DNA of 63,153 nt, counting the filler, from Hausera hauseri (lineage: Eukaryota), in NCBI GenBank assembly GCA_046269625.1. It is 12 parts of 12 records of this genome, joined end to end, with 100 filler letters (N's around TTAATTAATTAA, not from the genome) between each part and the next. Parts side by side here need not be neighbours in the genome. Positions count along the whole stretch, not along the records: positions 39,699 to 45,569 come from JBJURY010176972.1; positions 45,670 to 49,790 come from JBJURY010748987.1; positions 49,891 to 54,999 come from JBJURY010332603.1; 9 more parts are not named here. One strand, given 5' to 3'. Below the pieces are notes generated by a model, which was not told the origin of the DNA, did no database searches, and saw nothing but the letters and a program-made list of their open reading frames with translations. The translations under genes were made by a program, and so were the position numbers. Positions 40,688 to 52,639 of this stretch are shown here, piece after piece; positions within the stretch are counted from its first letter, which is position 1; each line of letters starts with the position of its first letter.

Positions 40688-41279
40688 TTCACAGGCGTTT
40701 ATTCAGACATTATGTACATCGACTTCCTGATTTAAATAATTTATTCTTGTTTGATAATCTTCAAGACAAATTTTCTATTTGATGTATCCAGCATTTTTAC
40801 TACGATTTAATTGAACTGCATGAGATTTATTATGATATCCACCATATTAAATTCCGAGTTGGAGAGTAACTCCAACGTAATATTGTTCAGATATGTTTTA
40901 CATCAGGTCGGTAGTTGGTAATGAGCATTATGATATTGTCGTAATGCAACTGTGTGATAATGACACATGTCAATCCCTTTGCGTAAAAAAACAGAAACTT
41001 TACGGGCCTTAAGTTAGCTTCCGTATTTCTTGCAAGACTATGCAAAACCAGTGAATTCAGTGAGTATTTTTATGCGCTTGACGCACATTAGTTGGGCTTG
41101 TATTGTCATTCGTTACTTCCAACTTGAATCCAGGCTTTTCGACAACGATTATGAAACAAACGGTCAAAATAAAAATAGAGTAATTGGTAGCCTGATAAAC
41201 AACTAAATAAGAATATTTATTTTATTTGACACTGATATGGACTGTTTGGCTGCAAATCAAACACAGGCCAAAAGTTAAA

Positions 41280-41379
41280 CGACAGAACGAAAACCGTGCC
41301 GGCCTAGCTGCACCAAATGGTGACTTGATTGCCAAAAATGGAGAGCCATGTCCTAGACCGTGACAGGACATCACCCCCC
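41280..41379 (-). repeat. PPT and 3' LTR head of a family A element
   Basis: PPT GGGGGGTGA (41379-41371), then TGTCC...GGACA hairpin from 41370. Confidence 0.65.
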
Positions 41380-44300
41380 GTGGCAGTATAGAAACTATAA
41401 AGCAAAACAGAAAGGGATAAAACTCAAAAAAATGTTTATTGCCTATTGGGTTTTGGTGTGTATGAGGCGTTGTATTCCGTCTGCGGATTTTTCCCTATTA
41501 TAGGTACTAAATGTCACTCTGCATGCCTTATTTGATTGATTTGTGCTCGGCTGTTGAACGACATTTTGTGGTAGACGTTTTGTAAGATTTTCTGATTCAG
41601 TGTACCGTGTTGCTTGTGGTGAAGACGTTGAAGATGATAAAGAGAATAAGTCAAGCAAAAGAGGCGAAGAAACTAAAGGCGATGAAACAGAAGGCAGTGG
41701 AGATGAAGAAAAAGTGGGAAGAGAGTCGAGCGAAGAAAACGGAATAAGCGATGTAGGTAAGATGAAAATGATTTAGTGTGAGAGAAAAGTAATTGCTTCA
41801 ACGGAGCGAAGTCGTGGAGAAAGTTTGAGGAAGGAATGGAAGGAGTGAGAGTTGAGTTGGGATTGGAAGCAGAATCGGCATCCGGATTGTCATCAACGAA
41901 GAAGCGGGCTTAAGATTCGAAATGTGGACGTTGTAGGGTTTATCTTGGAGTAAGATGGTAGATGTATAAAATGAGAGGTGAACGTGTTTGTATGGCCAAC
42001 ATATTATGGTCGGAAACTTGAAGGCGATTGATCCTTCAGCCATACAAACTTGGCTGAGTATAAATCCTTCGGAATGTACGATTTGTTATTGTTAAACAGG
42101 CGGCAAAAAATCTGAGCTGACCTCAACGAAGTGAGACTGTGTCGCGCGAATGTTTTCGTATGTCGGATTGTCGTCGAGGTTGGAAAGTTCAAACAGAGCC
42201 CGTATTGGAGTCCCAAAATGTGCCTTGACTGGAGCACAACCTGTGGTGGTGGAAGGTGTGTTGCGCCACCCCAGTAAAACAAATGGTAGGATAGACGTCC
42301 AATTGCAATGATTGTCTACGAAGATTTTTAAAGAAATTTTCATTGTTCGATGGAACCTTTTAAAGAGGCCATTTGATTGTGGGTGATACGATGTTGTATG
42401 GAAATGTGATATCCCCAAGCGTTTAACAAGCGATTTAAAGAGCTCCGACTCGTACTGCGGACCTTAATCCTTTATGATGTGTCGTGGGCAGCCAAAACAA
42501 CTGATCTAGATTTTAATGAAGGCATCGGCTACTGAATCAGTGTTTGTTAAAAGAAGAGGAACGTCTTCAGGCCAACGCGAAGCACGATCCATCATAGTGA
42601 GAATATGTTGATACCCGTTGTCAGAAGGTAAGGGGCCAACGAGATCAAGATGGACGGTCTGAAAACGTGATGTACAGGGGAAATGGTAAAACGGCGGTTT
42701 AAGATGTTTGTTGACTTTTTATTTTTGACAGGCTACGCATTTCTTAACCCAGCTTTGTACATATGTGCGCACTGATGGTCAAACTACATGACGATGGATC
42801 AAGCGAAATGTCGTTTTCGAGCCTGGATGATGAAGCGATTGCGTGTGAAGGAAAGCTGGTTTCTGCAATGAAGGAGCAAGAATGGTTTTTTTATTACCGG
42901 GGTTAGATGAGTCGTATGCATTGCCGTCAATGATTTCGAAAGATTTGAAAGAGCTAAGAATGTCAGCAGATGGCTGATTGAGCATTAGAATTTCGGAATA
43001 AAATATTGGTTAAACCGTAATTGAGCCGACCGACCGCGACAAAATTTTCAATATCTGAAATATACTTTATGACAAAACTAAATGTAGATAGATACGATAT
43101 CTGTCGTTCCTGCCTCGGTGATGGTTGTTTTAGTGATATGATGTGCAGTAGAGGCTTGTGATCGGTTTGGATGACAAATGGACGAAAGAGGAAGACATGT
43201 TTAAAATGTTTTACTGCCAGAACTATGGCTAGTAGCTCACGATTAAATGCTGAATATCGGCTTTCTGATTGTGTAAGTTTTCGAGAGTAAAATTCTAAAG
43301 GTTCATCGACGCCGTTGGAAATATGGTGTAGTATTGCACCAGCAGCTCTTGTAGATGCATCGGTGGTAAGTATCAGCTCCGCGTCGGGCTTTGGATAGGC
43401 CAGTATTTTCACGGTTTTTATGCCTTGGCGTAAGTGATTGAATTTGGTGACTAAATCTGGAGTACACTGGATTAACTGTCTTTCTTTCCAGATGAGAGGT
43501 GTGCGAAGGGTGCTGTAAGCTTAGAGCAATGCGGTACGTACTTATGGACAAAATGTAGTGTGCCTAGATTACTCCTTGTATCTGCAGAGGTCGTTGGTAG
43601 TGTTACACTTTTCAATTGCTGTAGTTGATTGTGTTGTGGAGAGTGACCGTGAAGAGTAATGATGTGTCCAAAGAAATTGACACGTTTCTGAAAGAAGTAG
43701 CACTTGGAGAAGTTAACTTGTAAGTTGTTATAATGTAGTCTGTGAAAAATAATTCGGAGATGTTCATGGTGTTGTTTGACGGAGTTGGAGGCAACTAATA
43801 TATCATCGATGTACGGATGAACAAAATCAATGCCTGAGAGAACGGTGCCAATGTGGCGTTGAAAGGTTTGGGCTGCGTTACGTAAAATGAATGGCATAAA
43901 GATGTTTTCGTAAGGGTCAAATGAAGTGCAACGGGAATTTGGTGGTAGGCTTTGTGCAGATCTATTGTGGAACAGGTATTGATGTTGTTAAGACTGTGTA
44001 GGATGTCCTTTATGAGCGGTAATGGGTAAGCATCCATGATGGTTAGATTGTATATTTGACGGTAGTCCCAACATGGTCGAAAGTACCGTCTTTTTGCTGC
44101 TACATAAAATGGTAAAGCCCGTGGTGATTTTGACCTCCGAATGATACAAGATTGTTCGAGTTTGTTAAATTCTAACTCCACAGCTTTTCATCTACGAGGA
44201 GATAATGGTTTCACCTTTGTCTGACAGGTCTTTCGTGTTGGGTCACTATGCTGTTGATGGGAGCTTAAAACTAGAGTCCTTTTTGAGTATGCGAGAACAA

Positions 44301-45300
44301 GAAGAAATCATGTAGGATTTGAGATTGGAATCTATGATAAAGATGATTGATGTATATCATGAGAGGAGGTGGTGACTGTGATTGACGAAGAACGACCAAC
44401 ATTGTCACCATGAACATTCGATTTAATCGATTGTTTTAAAATCGACTTCGATATTTGAGATGTAATTAAAAAATTGAAAAATTACTAAATGTATCGTTAT
44501 CAACCAATCGACAATTTGCAAAACTCACGTGTGAGTTTTCAGCCGAAGTACCTGTTGAGCTGTCTGGAAGACAATCGTTAACGTTCACGACGGCGTTTCT
44601 ACGTAGCAAGCAGCCATACTTTCAGTCAACTGGCAGATTGTATGCGGCCAAAAAATCTGAGCCGATTATGGGCCATTTAATATTGGCCACGTGGAATTTC
44701 CATATGAACTTGCCTGGTAAGTTTGAAAATGTAAAAACGAGTTCAATGGTACCTGCAATGCGCGGAGGTTGACCCCTGGCAATGAAAAGCGTGAGAGAAG
44801 AAACTGCAGTGGATGTAGGGACGAAGGACAAAGGAAGGAGTAAAAAGGCAGCTCCTGAATCAATAAGAAAATCTATATGCGAAGCATTGCTAGAGAACAG
44901 TGTAGCTTTTAACAGAAAAATTGCGGAGGCGGTGTTAAAACGGCTAGAAGACAAAGCGGTATTGCCTACGCAAGAATGTGCTGTGACATCTGGCGGCGTT
45001 TTTAGATTTTTGAAGATTGTGGAAGAAAAGAAGATGAATGATAAGAAGAAGGAGGAGGAGGCGAATATGAAGAAAAACTGAAGTTGTTTTTGTAATGTTT
45101 ACATCCCAGAACACACGATCTAGTTAGAGAGTGAAATTTTGTGTGGTAAATACAGATAGGACTGTTCATCGCAAAACGCTCGTCATAAAATTTACAGCCA
45201 AAGAGACATTTATCTGCGTTTTTACGAAATTTATTGTGATAAAAACAAATCATTTGTCCGCCCGGATATTTAGAATGAAATGAGTGCCTGGAGAAGCAGT
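41380..45300 (-). mobile_element. Ty3/Gypsy family A (CsRn1-like): gag end, PR, RT, RNaseH, IN, tail
   Basis: Two C-X2-H-X9-C-X3-C motifs (45002-45253 ORF), FLIDSGAA, IDLHKAYHQIPV, YIDDILV, TTDAS, HPQSNGL, tail RVTFSTYNREKSADGIQRL. Confidence 0.95.
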
Positions 45301-45669
45301 AGATGGATGTAAGTGCATGGCGTCAAGACCCCCCCAGGGAAAGAAAGCATTGAGCGTGGGAAAATTTTTGAACCGTGGGAAAATTTTTTATGTTATCGAG
45401 AGAAATTTCGTTCCTTGGTAGCTTAATTTTTATTGAAAGTTCTGTCTTGTGCAGAATTTAATTCTGCGTCGAATGGTGTAGGAGTCAACTTTATGTGACT
45501 TTTGCCTGTTGTGCTATAGCACAAAAATGTGCAAAATTTGCATATTTTTTTAGTTCTACGCGAGAAAATNNNNNNNNNNNNNNNNNNNNNNNNNNNNNNN
45601 NNNNNNNNNNNNNTTAATTAATTAANNNNNNNNNNNNNNNNNNNNNNNNNNNNNNNNNNNNNNNNNNNN

Positions 45670-47050
45670 TAGTTGTTGCATGCTGCACCTCGATATGTGC
45701 CTGTAAAATTGCATTGATCCCTGACTTTATGATTTTCCTTGGTGAAGGACTTGTCGCACCATTCTTTAGCTTGTTTCCACGACATACTTATGTTATGCTT
45801 ATGCTGCTGAAGCCTGTTTTCAAGCTTATGAGCCATATCTTCAAGTCGTTTAATGAAATGTGCTGCTGCACCTGGGCCTCTAAATAGAAATAATTCGCTG
45901 TCTAATTCTTTGGTATACATGCAATACGATGAGAGTTCATGATATTGATATGCCGTTGTGCATCTATGTTGGGGATTAGGGCTACAGCTGTGAATTGGCC
46001 GGAGAATAGCTTCAAAGTCGCAATATATATCTATTGAGACCTTGATCTTCTTCTCGAACTCTTTGAATTTAGTATAATCCTTCTTGGAAAATTCTGGTCT
46101 GATACAGTAATTGTTGCTGCAGTACATTTTGTGCTGAGCAAGCTTGTCCACGACCTCATCGCCGCTGAAATTGGAAAAGCATCGTTTATATATTTCTATT
46201 TGTCAATGATGATTCGTAATTTGGGATCTGACTAGATGCTCAAAGTTCTTGATCCAAACATAATGTTTCTTTTCTCCATCGTCTTGTAGGAGCAGATCCC
46301 TATGATCTTCCAATTTTATATCATATATCTGCAGGGGATAAAATTTCTCCTCATCCAATCCAATGATGGTGATGGATATGTTGTTGATTTGGCCGAACTT
46401 CTTAATTTTATCTAAGGGTGGACAGAATGTGATACATTGGAAGTCATAGTTGTGCTTCAGATCATTATATAGTCAAACTCGATCTTCTGTATGTTTTTTA
46501 TGCGGCACTAGTTTAGATAGAATGGCATACATGAAACACATGTTGTTATTATTATGGACATTAATGCATGCTTTTTATTAGCAATCCATTCCGGAAGCTG
46601 AATATAAGAACTGCCCCGCATTGGAGAGTACTTGTGAACATACAGAAACAATCTCTTGATGGTTGCCAGAGTCCATCTGGTCCACTCTGGATCTTATCAG
46701 CTTTACGGATCAACTTTGCATGCTCTTTATGCAATATATTATATTGGTGGCTTCAAAAATGGATCTATATCTGGTCTTAAAGGCCCTCTTGGACTCTTCG
46801 CCATCAACTTTGACGTATGTGGCCTCAAGTTTTATATTAGCCTTAATGGCATTGAGCTCAGTAAATGTTGTCCTGGAGAATCCCCTCTGTTTCGTCCTTT
46901 GTGTACTCCAGGAACTCCTTGATGGTTGTTTGACGAGTTGCATCAATGACATATTTGCGGAATTTTTGCTTTACTGGTGCACCATCACCTGGCCGCTGTC
47001 TTTGACTCTTTGTTGGAGCCGCTGCGTCCGATGCGTCCGATGCGTCCAAT
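45670..47050 (-). mobile_element. Polinton/adintovirus-like pPolB N-terminal half, pseudogenised
   Basis: IKANIKLEATYVK...AFKT, GSSYIQLPEWIANKKACINVHNNNNMCFMYAIL, HYVWIKNF, IYCDFEAIL (ExoI), VRDQCNFTGTYRGAA (endonuclease-VII-like insert). Confidence 0.92.
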
Positions 47051-47216
47051 GTGCGTTTTAGTCCTGCTTCTGGCTGTACTGCAGGCTGTAATACTGCAGG
47101 CTGTGGTACTTCATGCTTTGTACTGCAGGCTGTGCAACTGGCTTATGTTCATTAAAGATGATCTTCTTTTACTTTGATGCGAAGTAAGTCAAATGATGTT
47201 TGTAATCATCATAAAA

Positions 47217-47603
47217 CTATATGTATTCTCCATCACATACAGCCTCACATCCTGGGCAAATATAATAGAGGACTCTATTGAATTTGTGTCCATGATAGCT
47301 CCTCATTGAATTGTGGCAATTCTGAGGGTTGTGTATTACACATGTACAATACACGTATGAACTGCACCCTCGATTTTCCTTCGTCACAAACGTCGTTATT
47401 GGCATATTGGTACTGAATATTTGTTTTTTCGACTTGGTGAAGGAAATCAATTGCTGTTTATGGACATTGTAGAAGTCTTCATAATTGATTTGGCACACTA
47501 TCTCACATGTAGGGCATATATAATACTGAACCCTGTTGTACATATGACCAAAGTATTTTTTCATAACACTGTGACAATTTTCCGGCTCGTGCAATTGAGC
47601 CAA
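47217..47603 (-). CDS. Small Cys/His-rich protein with two internal repeats, between the TIR and polB
   Basis: HEPENCHSVMKKYFGHMYNRVQYYICPTCEIVC and HNPQNCHNSMRSYHGHKFNRVLYYICPGCEAVC. Confidence 0.6.
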   Translation of the reverse strand: MAQLHEPENCHSVMKKYFGHMYNRVQYYICPTCEIVCQINYEDFYNVHKQQLISFTKSKKQIFSTNMPITTFVTKENRGCSSYVYCTCVIHNPQNCHNSMRSYHGHKFNRVLYYICPGCEAVCDGEYI

Positions 47604-47849
47604 ACATTAACTGTAAACTTTGCACATCTAAAATCAACCAATTAATTGAGGGGTACAATTAAAAAATTCACCATTCGTTGAAGAATTTTTGGAAATAATG
47701 AAAAATATAGCCATATTGCAATATGCTGCCTCGCTTATTGATTGGTTTAAGTGTACGTTTGTTTTAATGCATCAATTAAATTAAATACGTCTCATCGCCA
47801 AATTTAAGGTTTTCATCCATGGGGAATCGAATGGCCTCATTGGTTTCTT

Positions 47850-49110
47850 CGAATAATGCATGCTTCACCGAATATTCGAGTTCAAATAGCTAAGTATTCG
47901 ACTTGTAAGCTCGAATTCGAATATCTGATGCCATATTCCGATTCAACATACATGTCTTCCCATCCCGCCCCGCAATTATATTTATTGATTTCCTCTTCGC
48001 TGGGCTTTAAATGCAGGTTTTGCTTAATTCAAAACATTGATTTTGAGACTATATAGTATTTTTTCATGGAATAATTTTTGTGCACAAAGGGCTTTTCGCA
48101 TATGCGGAATCCATTTCCGTTGTTAGATTTTTCGAATAGTTCGAACTCCGATATTCGAGCCAAAAAATATTCGAATTTAGAATACCTGACCCGAGATTTG
48201 AGCTCTACATGGTTGATTTCCTATCTGTCCCCGCTAATTATAATATTGAATTTTGCTTCCTTAGCACCTAAAAACCTATGGGAAATCTGGCCAAGTTGCA
48301 ATTTGGATCGATATTAATCGATTACTAATTGATAAATTTAAATTCTAACTGCACATTTATATAATACACTATGTTTGCTTTTGAATGCACCCGGTCATAT
48401 GTCTAAATCATCAATATTGGAAATATCGGAAATTCGACATTATTGATCTATCTACCTGCACTTGACCCCAATCGATTCCACCAATTCTACGCTGTACAAT
48501 GACAAAAATGTGAAAAGTGAAAAAGTGCCTTGGCAACCGTATCCACGAGCACACCTGAATCGAGTATTGCACTGATCGAAAGTACGTCAAGTACTGCACT
48601 TGCCAGTATATGTGCCATATTGATATTATTGATTTTCAATTTTTACTGGAAAGACCTATGGGAAGTCTGGCCCACTTGGCAATTATTCGAAAACCAGTCA
48701 ATATATTTAAATTCTAACTGCATATACACACAATCCATTATCTGTGCTTCCGATTGTACCCGGTGCCGTTCCCCAATAATCAATATGAGGAATATCGGAA
48801 ATACAATATTATTGATTTTTGCACACTTGCACATATGCTTCACACCTGCACTGTGCACTAATCGATGCGCACTGATGTGCGCTATGAAGTAGTGTTTCGT
48901 CCCGATCGATTCGATCAATACTGCACTGTGCAGCGATCGATTTGTCAAAAGTGCAAAAGTACCTTTAGGAACGGTGCCTAGCAGCACCGTCGCCTAGCAC
49001 TCTACCGATCTATAGTGCTCCGTGTGCACTATCGATTTGCATATGTGTACTATCGATTTATCGACGCGCACACCCCGGCGGGTGGGCCAAAATTCCTATT
49101 TTACCCTACT
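47850..49110. repeat. Probable long Polinton TIR/subterminal region with degenerate internal repeats
   Basis: Ends in CCCTACT at 49110 (AGTAGGG on -). Internal repeats ~47900-48000 vs 48170-48260 and ~48240-48450 vs 48620-48820. polB is transcribed inward from this end. Confidence 0.55.
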
Positions 49111-49269
49111 TATGTAGGCGATGTAGGCACATAAATGAGGAATATGTGGAGAATATATGTGAAATATAGAAAAATATATGGGAATACATGGGGAACGTGA
49201 GGAATATAAAGGCAATATTGAAGGAATATATGGGAAATATATGCGGAACTATCGTATATGAATTTATCA

Positions 49270-49790
49270 AAGACGATGGTTCTGGAATAATTAATGTTTG
49301 GGAGCTCCAACTTACAATCGACCTTAGTTGCGAGACTCACGTAATCGCAAAAATAAAATGTACCGATTGCTCTTTTTGGATGACACATTCAAAAATGAAG
49401 GGATGCCGGAAAATGCATTAACGTAACAAAAATGTGTTCGACTAATACACTGTATGAAAAGCGAGTTTTTTTGAATATTAAAACAACAAAATTAAAAAGG
49501 TCGAGTGAATCAGATTATCATGCACTAACCCCCACAACTCCGTTATTTTTGATGTGGTATGCCATTTTGAAGAATTTTTACAATAAGACATTTTCCAGAT
49601 TTGAAAAAATATTCTTTTTTATTTTGTATGTGCAAATTTATTTAAATAATTCGGGTTCGGTGATACTGAATAATTTACATCAATCTCTGTTGCTTCAAAT
49701 TTTAAATTATTGGTAAAGTAATATTAAATTCTAACGGAAACTGTACAAAAATATATTCAATGAAAATTAATTGCCTTTTGCTACTTGTTT
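49270..49790. repeat. Unclassified interspersed repeat, copy 2
   Basis: Homologous to 40185-40687. Confidence 0.85.
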
Positions 49791-50449
49791 NNNNNNNNNN
49801 NNNNNNNNNNNNNNNNNNNNNNNNNNNNNNNNNNTTAATTAATTAANNNNNNNNNNNNNNNNNNNNNNNNNNNNNNNNNNNNNNNNNNNNACGGATTTCC
49901 TGATGACACGAGAATTACTATACCGAAGTCGCTTCGTGCGACATTTAACCAAGTTAGGACGCTCCGACCCATACTCGTTGCCGAGTCGGCTGCTCCAGAG
50001 GTTTTGTGAGGACGGGGAAAATCGGCGTTGTTTCGACTCGTCGGTTTTCCTGCCAGTCTTTTTGAGACTAATGTCGGCAGTCGACCGGCTCTACGAGTCG
50101 CTGGCTCCTTCGAAGAGTGGACTAATACCTGACAGCCGGACCAACAACAAATCTCGGGAAAGAACTGTAAGTTCCAGTTCAGGCGATGGTCCTGTGCAGC
50201 CGAACCTACGCCGTCTGCAGCGAATGAGACGTGACCTAACATCTACTGACTCGGGTTCAGATGTAGTTCCGATCCACACGCAGAGAAGTGCCTAGACTGA
50301 CCCGGCCCATTCCAGTACCGACGACTCGTACGCTTCGGCGGAGGAGTCTGATATAAAAAAGAATAAATGTTTAGAATTTTATTTGTTCTTTATTTTGTTC
50401 TTTTTTTCTTACGTGTTTTGTTTTTATGACCGTGTAAAATCTAAACACA

Positions 50450-52450
50450 CTAAAGAGGCATATCATTAGAAAGACCAGCTGCAGTGATTGACGAAAAGTA
50501 ACTGTCATCGCTACTGTCGACGTCTAATTTGGATTTTTGTTTTAGAATAGAATTAGGATTGTCGTTCATAACTGAAGGAATACCGATTTTGGAAGTTTTT
50601 TATAGATGACGAAGCGTTCAACATGTTTACATATGAGTGCAATGAATTGCTCGCTAGATTGTCTGCGAGACATGTGTTTGGAATTGCGATCGAGATCCTG
50701 CTTAGAAGTCAGCCGTGTTTGCAATCGACCAATAGATCATGTGTGACAAGAAAATCTGAGTCTATTATGGGAGATTTAATATTGGCCACGTGGAATTTCC
50801 AGACAAACTTATCTGGTAAGTTGGCGAAAGTGTAAGTCAGTTCCGTGGTTCCTGCAACATGCAACGGTTGTCCACTGTCAGTGAAAAGCGGAGGACAGGA
50901 AATTATAGTGGATGTAGTAGTGATGGACAACGGAAGGAGTGAAAAGGTAGCTCCTGAATCTATTAGGAAGTTGATATAACGGGGTATCTCTGCATAACAG
51001 TGCAGCTTTCAGCAGGAAGACTGCGGAGACGGTGTTGAAACGGCCAGAAGATTCAGTGATATTGTCTGCCCCAGAATGTGCCATAAAATCTGGAGGCTTT
51101 ATTAGCTTTTTGAAGGATTTGGAGAAAAGGAATAAGGGGTAGAAAAAGGAGGATATTTATTTTTGTAATGTTTGCAACCAGGCACACATGATCTTCCTGT
51201 GACTGATACTTGTTGTGGTAGATGCAAATAGGGCTGTCCACTGCATATCGTTCGCTGTAGAATCGACAACCCGAGGTATTTCCTTACATCCCTTCGAAAT
51301 AGCGTGTGATAGAAGCACGTCATACGTCCGCCAGCTGAAGTGGATCGAGTAGAGTGTCTCGAAATGCTTCTCTCCCTTGAAGGTCTGGTGTCACGTCGTC
51401 GAGGCCCATTAAGATTGTTTAATTTGGTGGTAATGGCGGAAATTCACTGCCATAAGGAGTCAAATTGTTGTCGCATCATTTGCATTTGTTGAGCGAAAAT
51501 ATTGGTGTCTATATTTTGCGTTTGTATGATTGCAGCCGCAATTTAGAGAGAATTATTTGCATGGAGAATTTCGAAAGACTTATCAGTCATTATGGCCAAT
51601 TTTTCAGTAGCAGTGGACTCGTCGACAACGGTAAGCAAGGCTCTGATTGAGGGGGCAAAGGTGACAGGAAATAACGGCGAATTAAGTCCGCGTTATTCAT
51701 AGGTGTTTCTCCTAAGGCTCTAAGCTGCAGAATGGCCGTTTGGAGAATATCGGATGGCTTTTGGTTTTCTATCGCATGATCGTTAAAGTATTTTCGTATA
51801 ATGTGATCTATCGAAGGATCGGTGATATGGAGTACAGCCTTAGAGTGTTTCGTATGGTGTCGATGATTGGAGCAGTTCGGAAATATTAATGATCTGCTGC
51901 TTGACGTTTCTTGGCCCGCACAAAGGAGTCGGTGATGTTGGATTTTAGCTACTATTGGTGGAATTCGAGCCATGGTTTGCTGGAGTTGTTTTTATCAAGA
52001 AAAAAAATCCACACAAGATAGATTTAACGAAGCTCGTGTTTGTTGACAGTTTGGTACACGATAGATATTGTATGTATTTGTGGATTTATCATCCGAGAAA
52101 GATGGATTTCAGTCCGATCCACCCCGAAGGCGAAAATGGAGCACGAGATGGATGATTGGACGTTCGTGGCATGCGAAAGACTAAGGGGAGTCGGGAAGAT
52201 GTACAGTGACACTTTGATATGTGAGATAGAAGTGAGAAGTGTTGAGTGAGGAGGATTAAGAGTTATATAAGAGCTGTGCCGTGTCGCTGAGTGGAGCTCT
52301 TATGGTTTTTGTGTTGATTACTGCTGAAGATTAGGAGTGAAATTTGCAGTGAAGTGATGCCAGAAGAACGCTGAAATGCATGGGGGGGGCTTGGGCGGTT
52401 TCCTTTGGGGTTGAGAAGTTTAGGCGTGTAGCGGGGAAAGCAGTGGCAAA
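50450..52450 (-). mobile_element. Ty3/Gypsy family A: leader, gag and protease
   Basis: Gag (AVLHITDPSIDHIIRKYFND...NADLIRRYFL) homologous to 12742-13410, double CHCC remnants 51170-51320, protease FLIDSGAT...IIDSDFL. Confidence 0.9.
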
Positions 52451-52639
52451 TATTGATTGTGATAAAATAATACCTAGAGTTTTTGAACTTAGAAACCCTC
52501 TAAAATTAAAATCGACGTTGTCTATTAAAGATTTATGTTTGTCCAAAAAATGGTCGCGCTGGTGGGCGCAAATCAGTGAAAAAATCTTATCCACCTGTGT
52601 CTGAATGTGGTTTTACTGAACACCATGACAGTATCCTCA

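Noticed and set aside
40690-40730. Short resemblance (QAFIQ.HY) to QAFVQKHY in ORF 3867-4667
   Set aside because: About 25 nt, needs a frameshift and does not extend; probably chance.
23707-47050. Joining the two polB halves (23707-25138 and 45670-47050) into one gene
   Set aside because: They lie on different contigs with dissimilar terminal sequences; nothing shows they belong to the same element.
47850-49070. CRISPR-like or RNA-gene interpretation of the repeats
   Set aside because: Repeats are long, degenerate and lack unique spacers, and the context is eukaryotic. No tRNA or rRNA was recognised anywhere in the window.
49903-50295. 130-aa Ser/Arg-rich ORF
   Set aside because: No recognisable motif, at a contig edge, and both strands are open; function cannot be supported.
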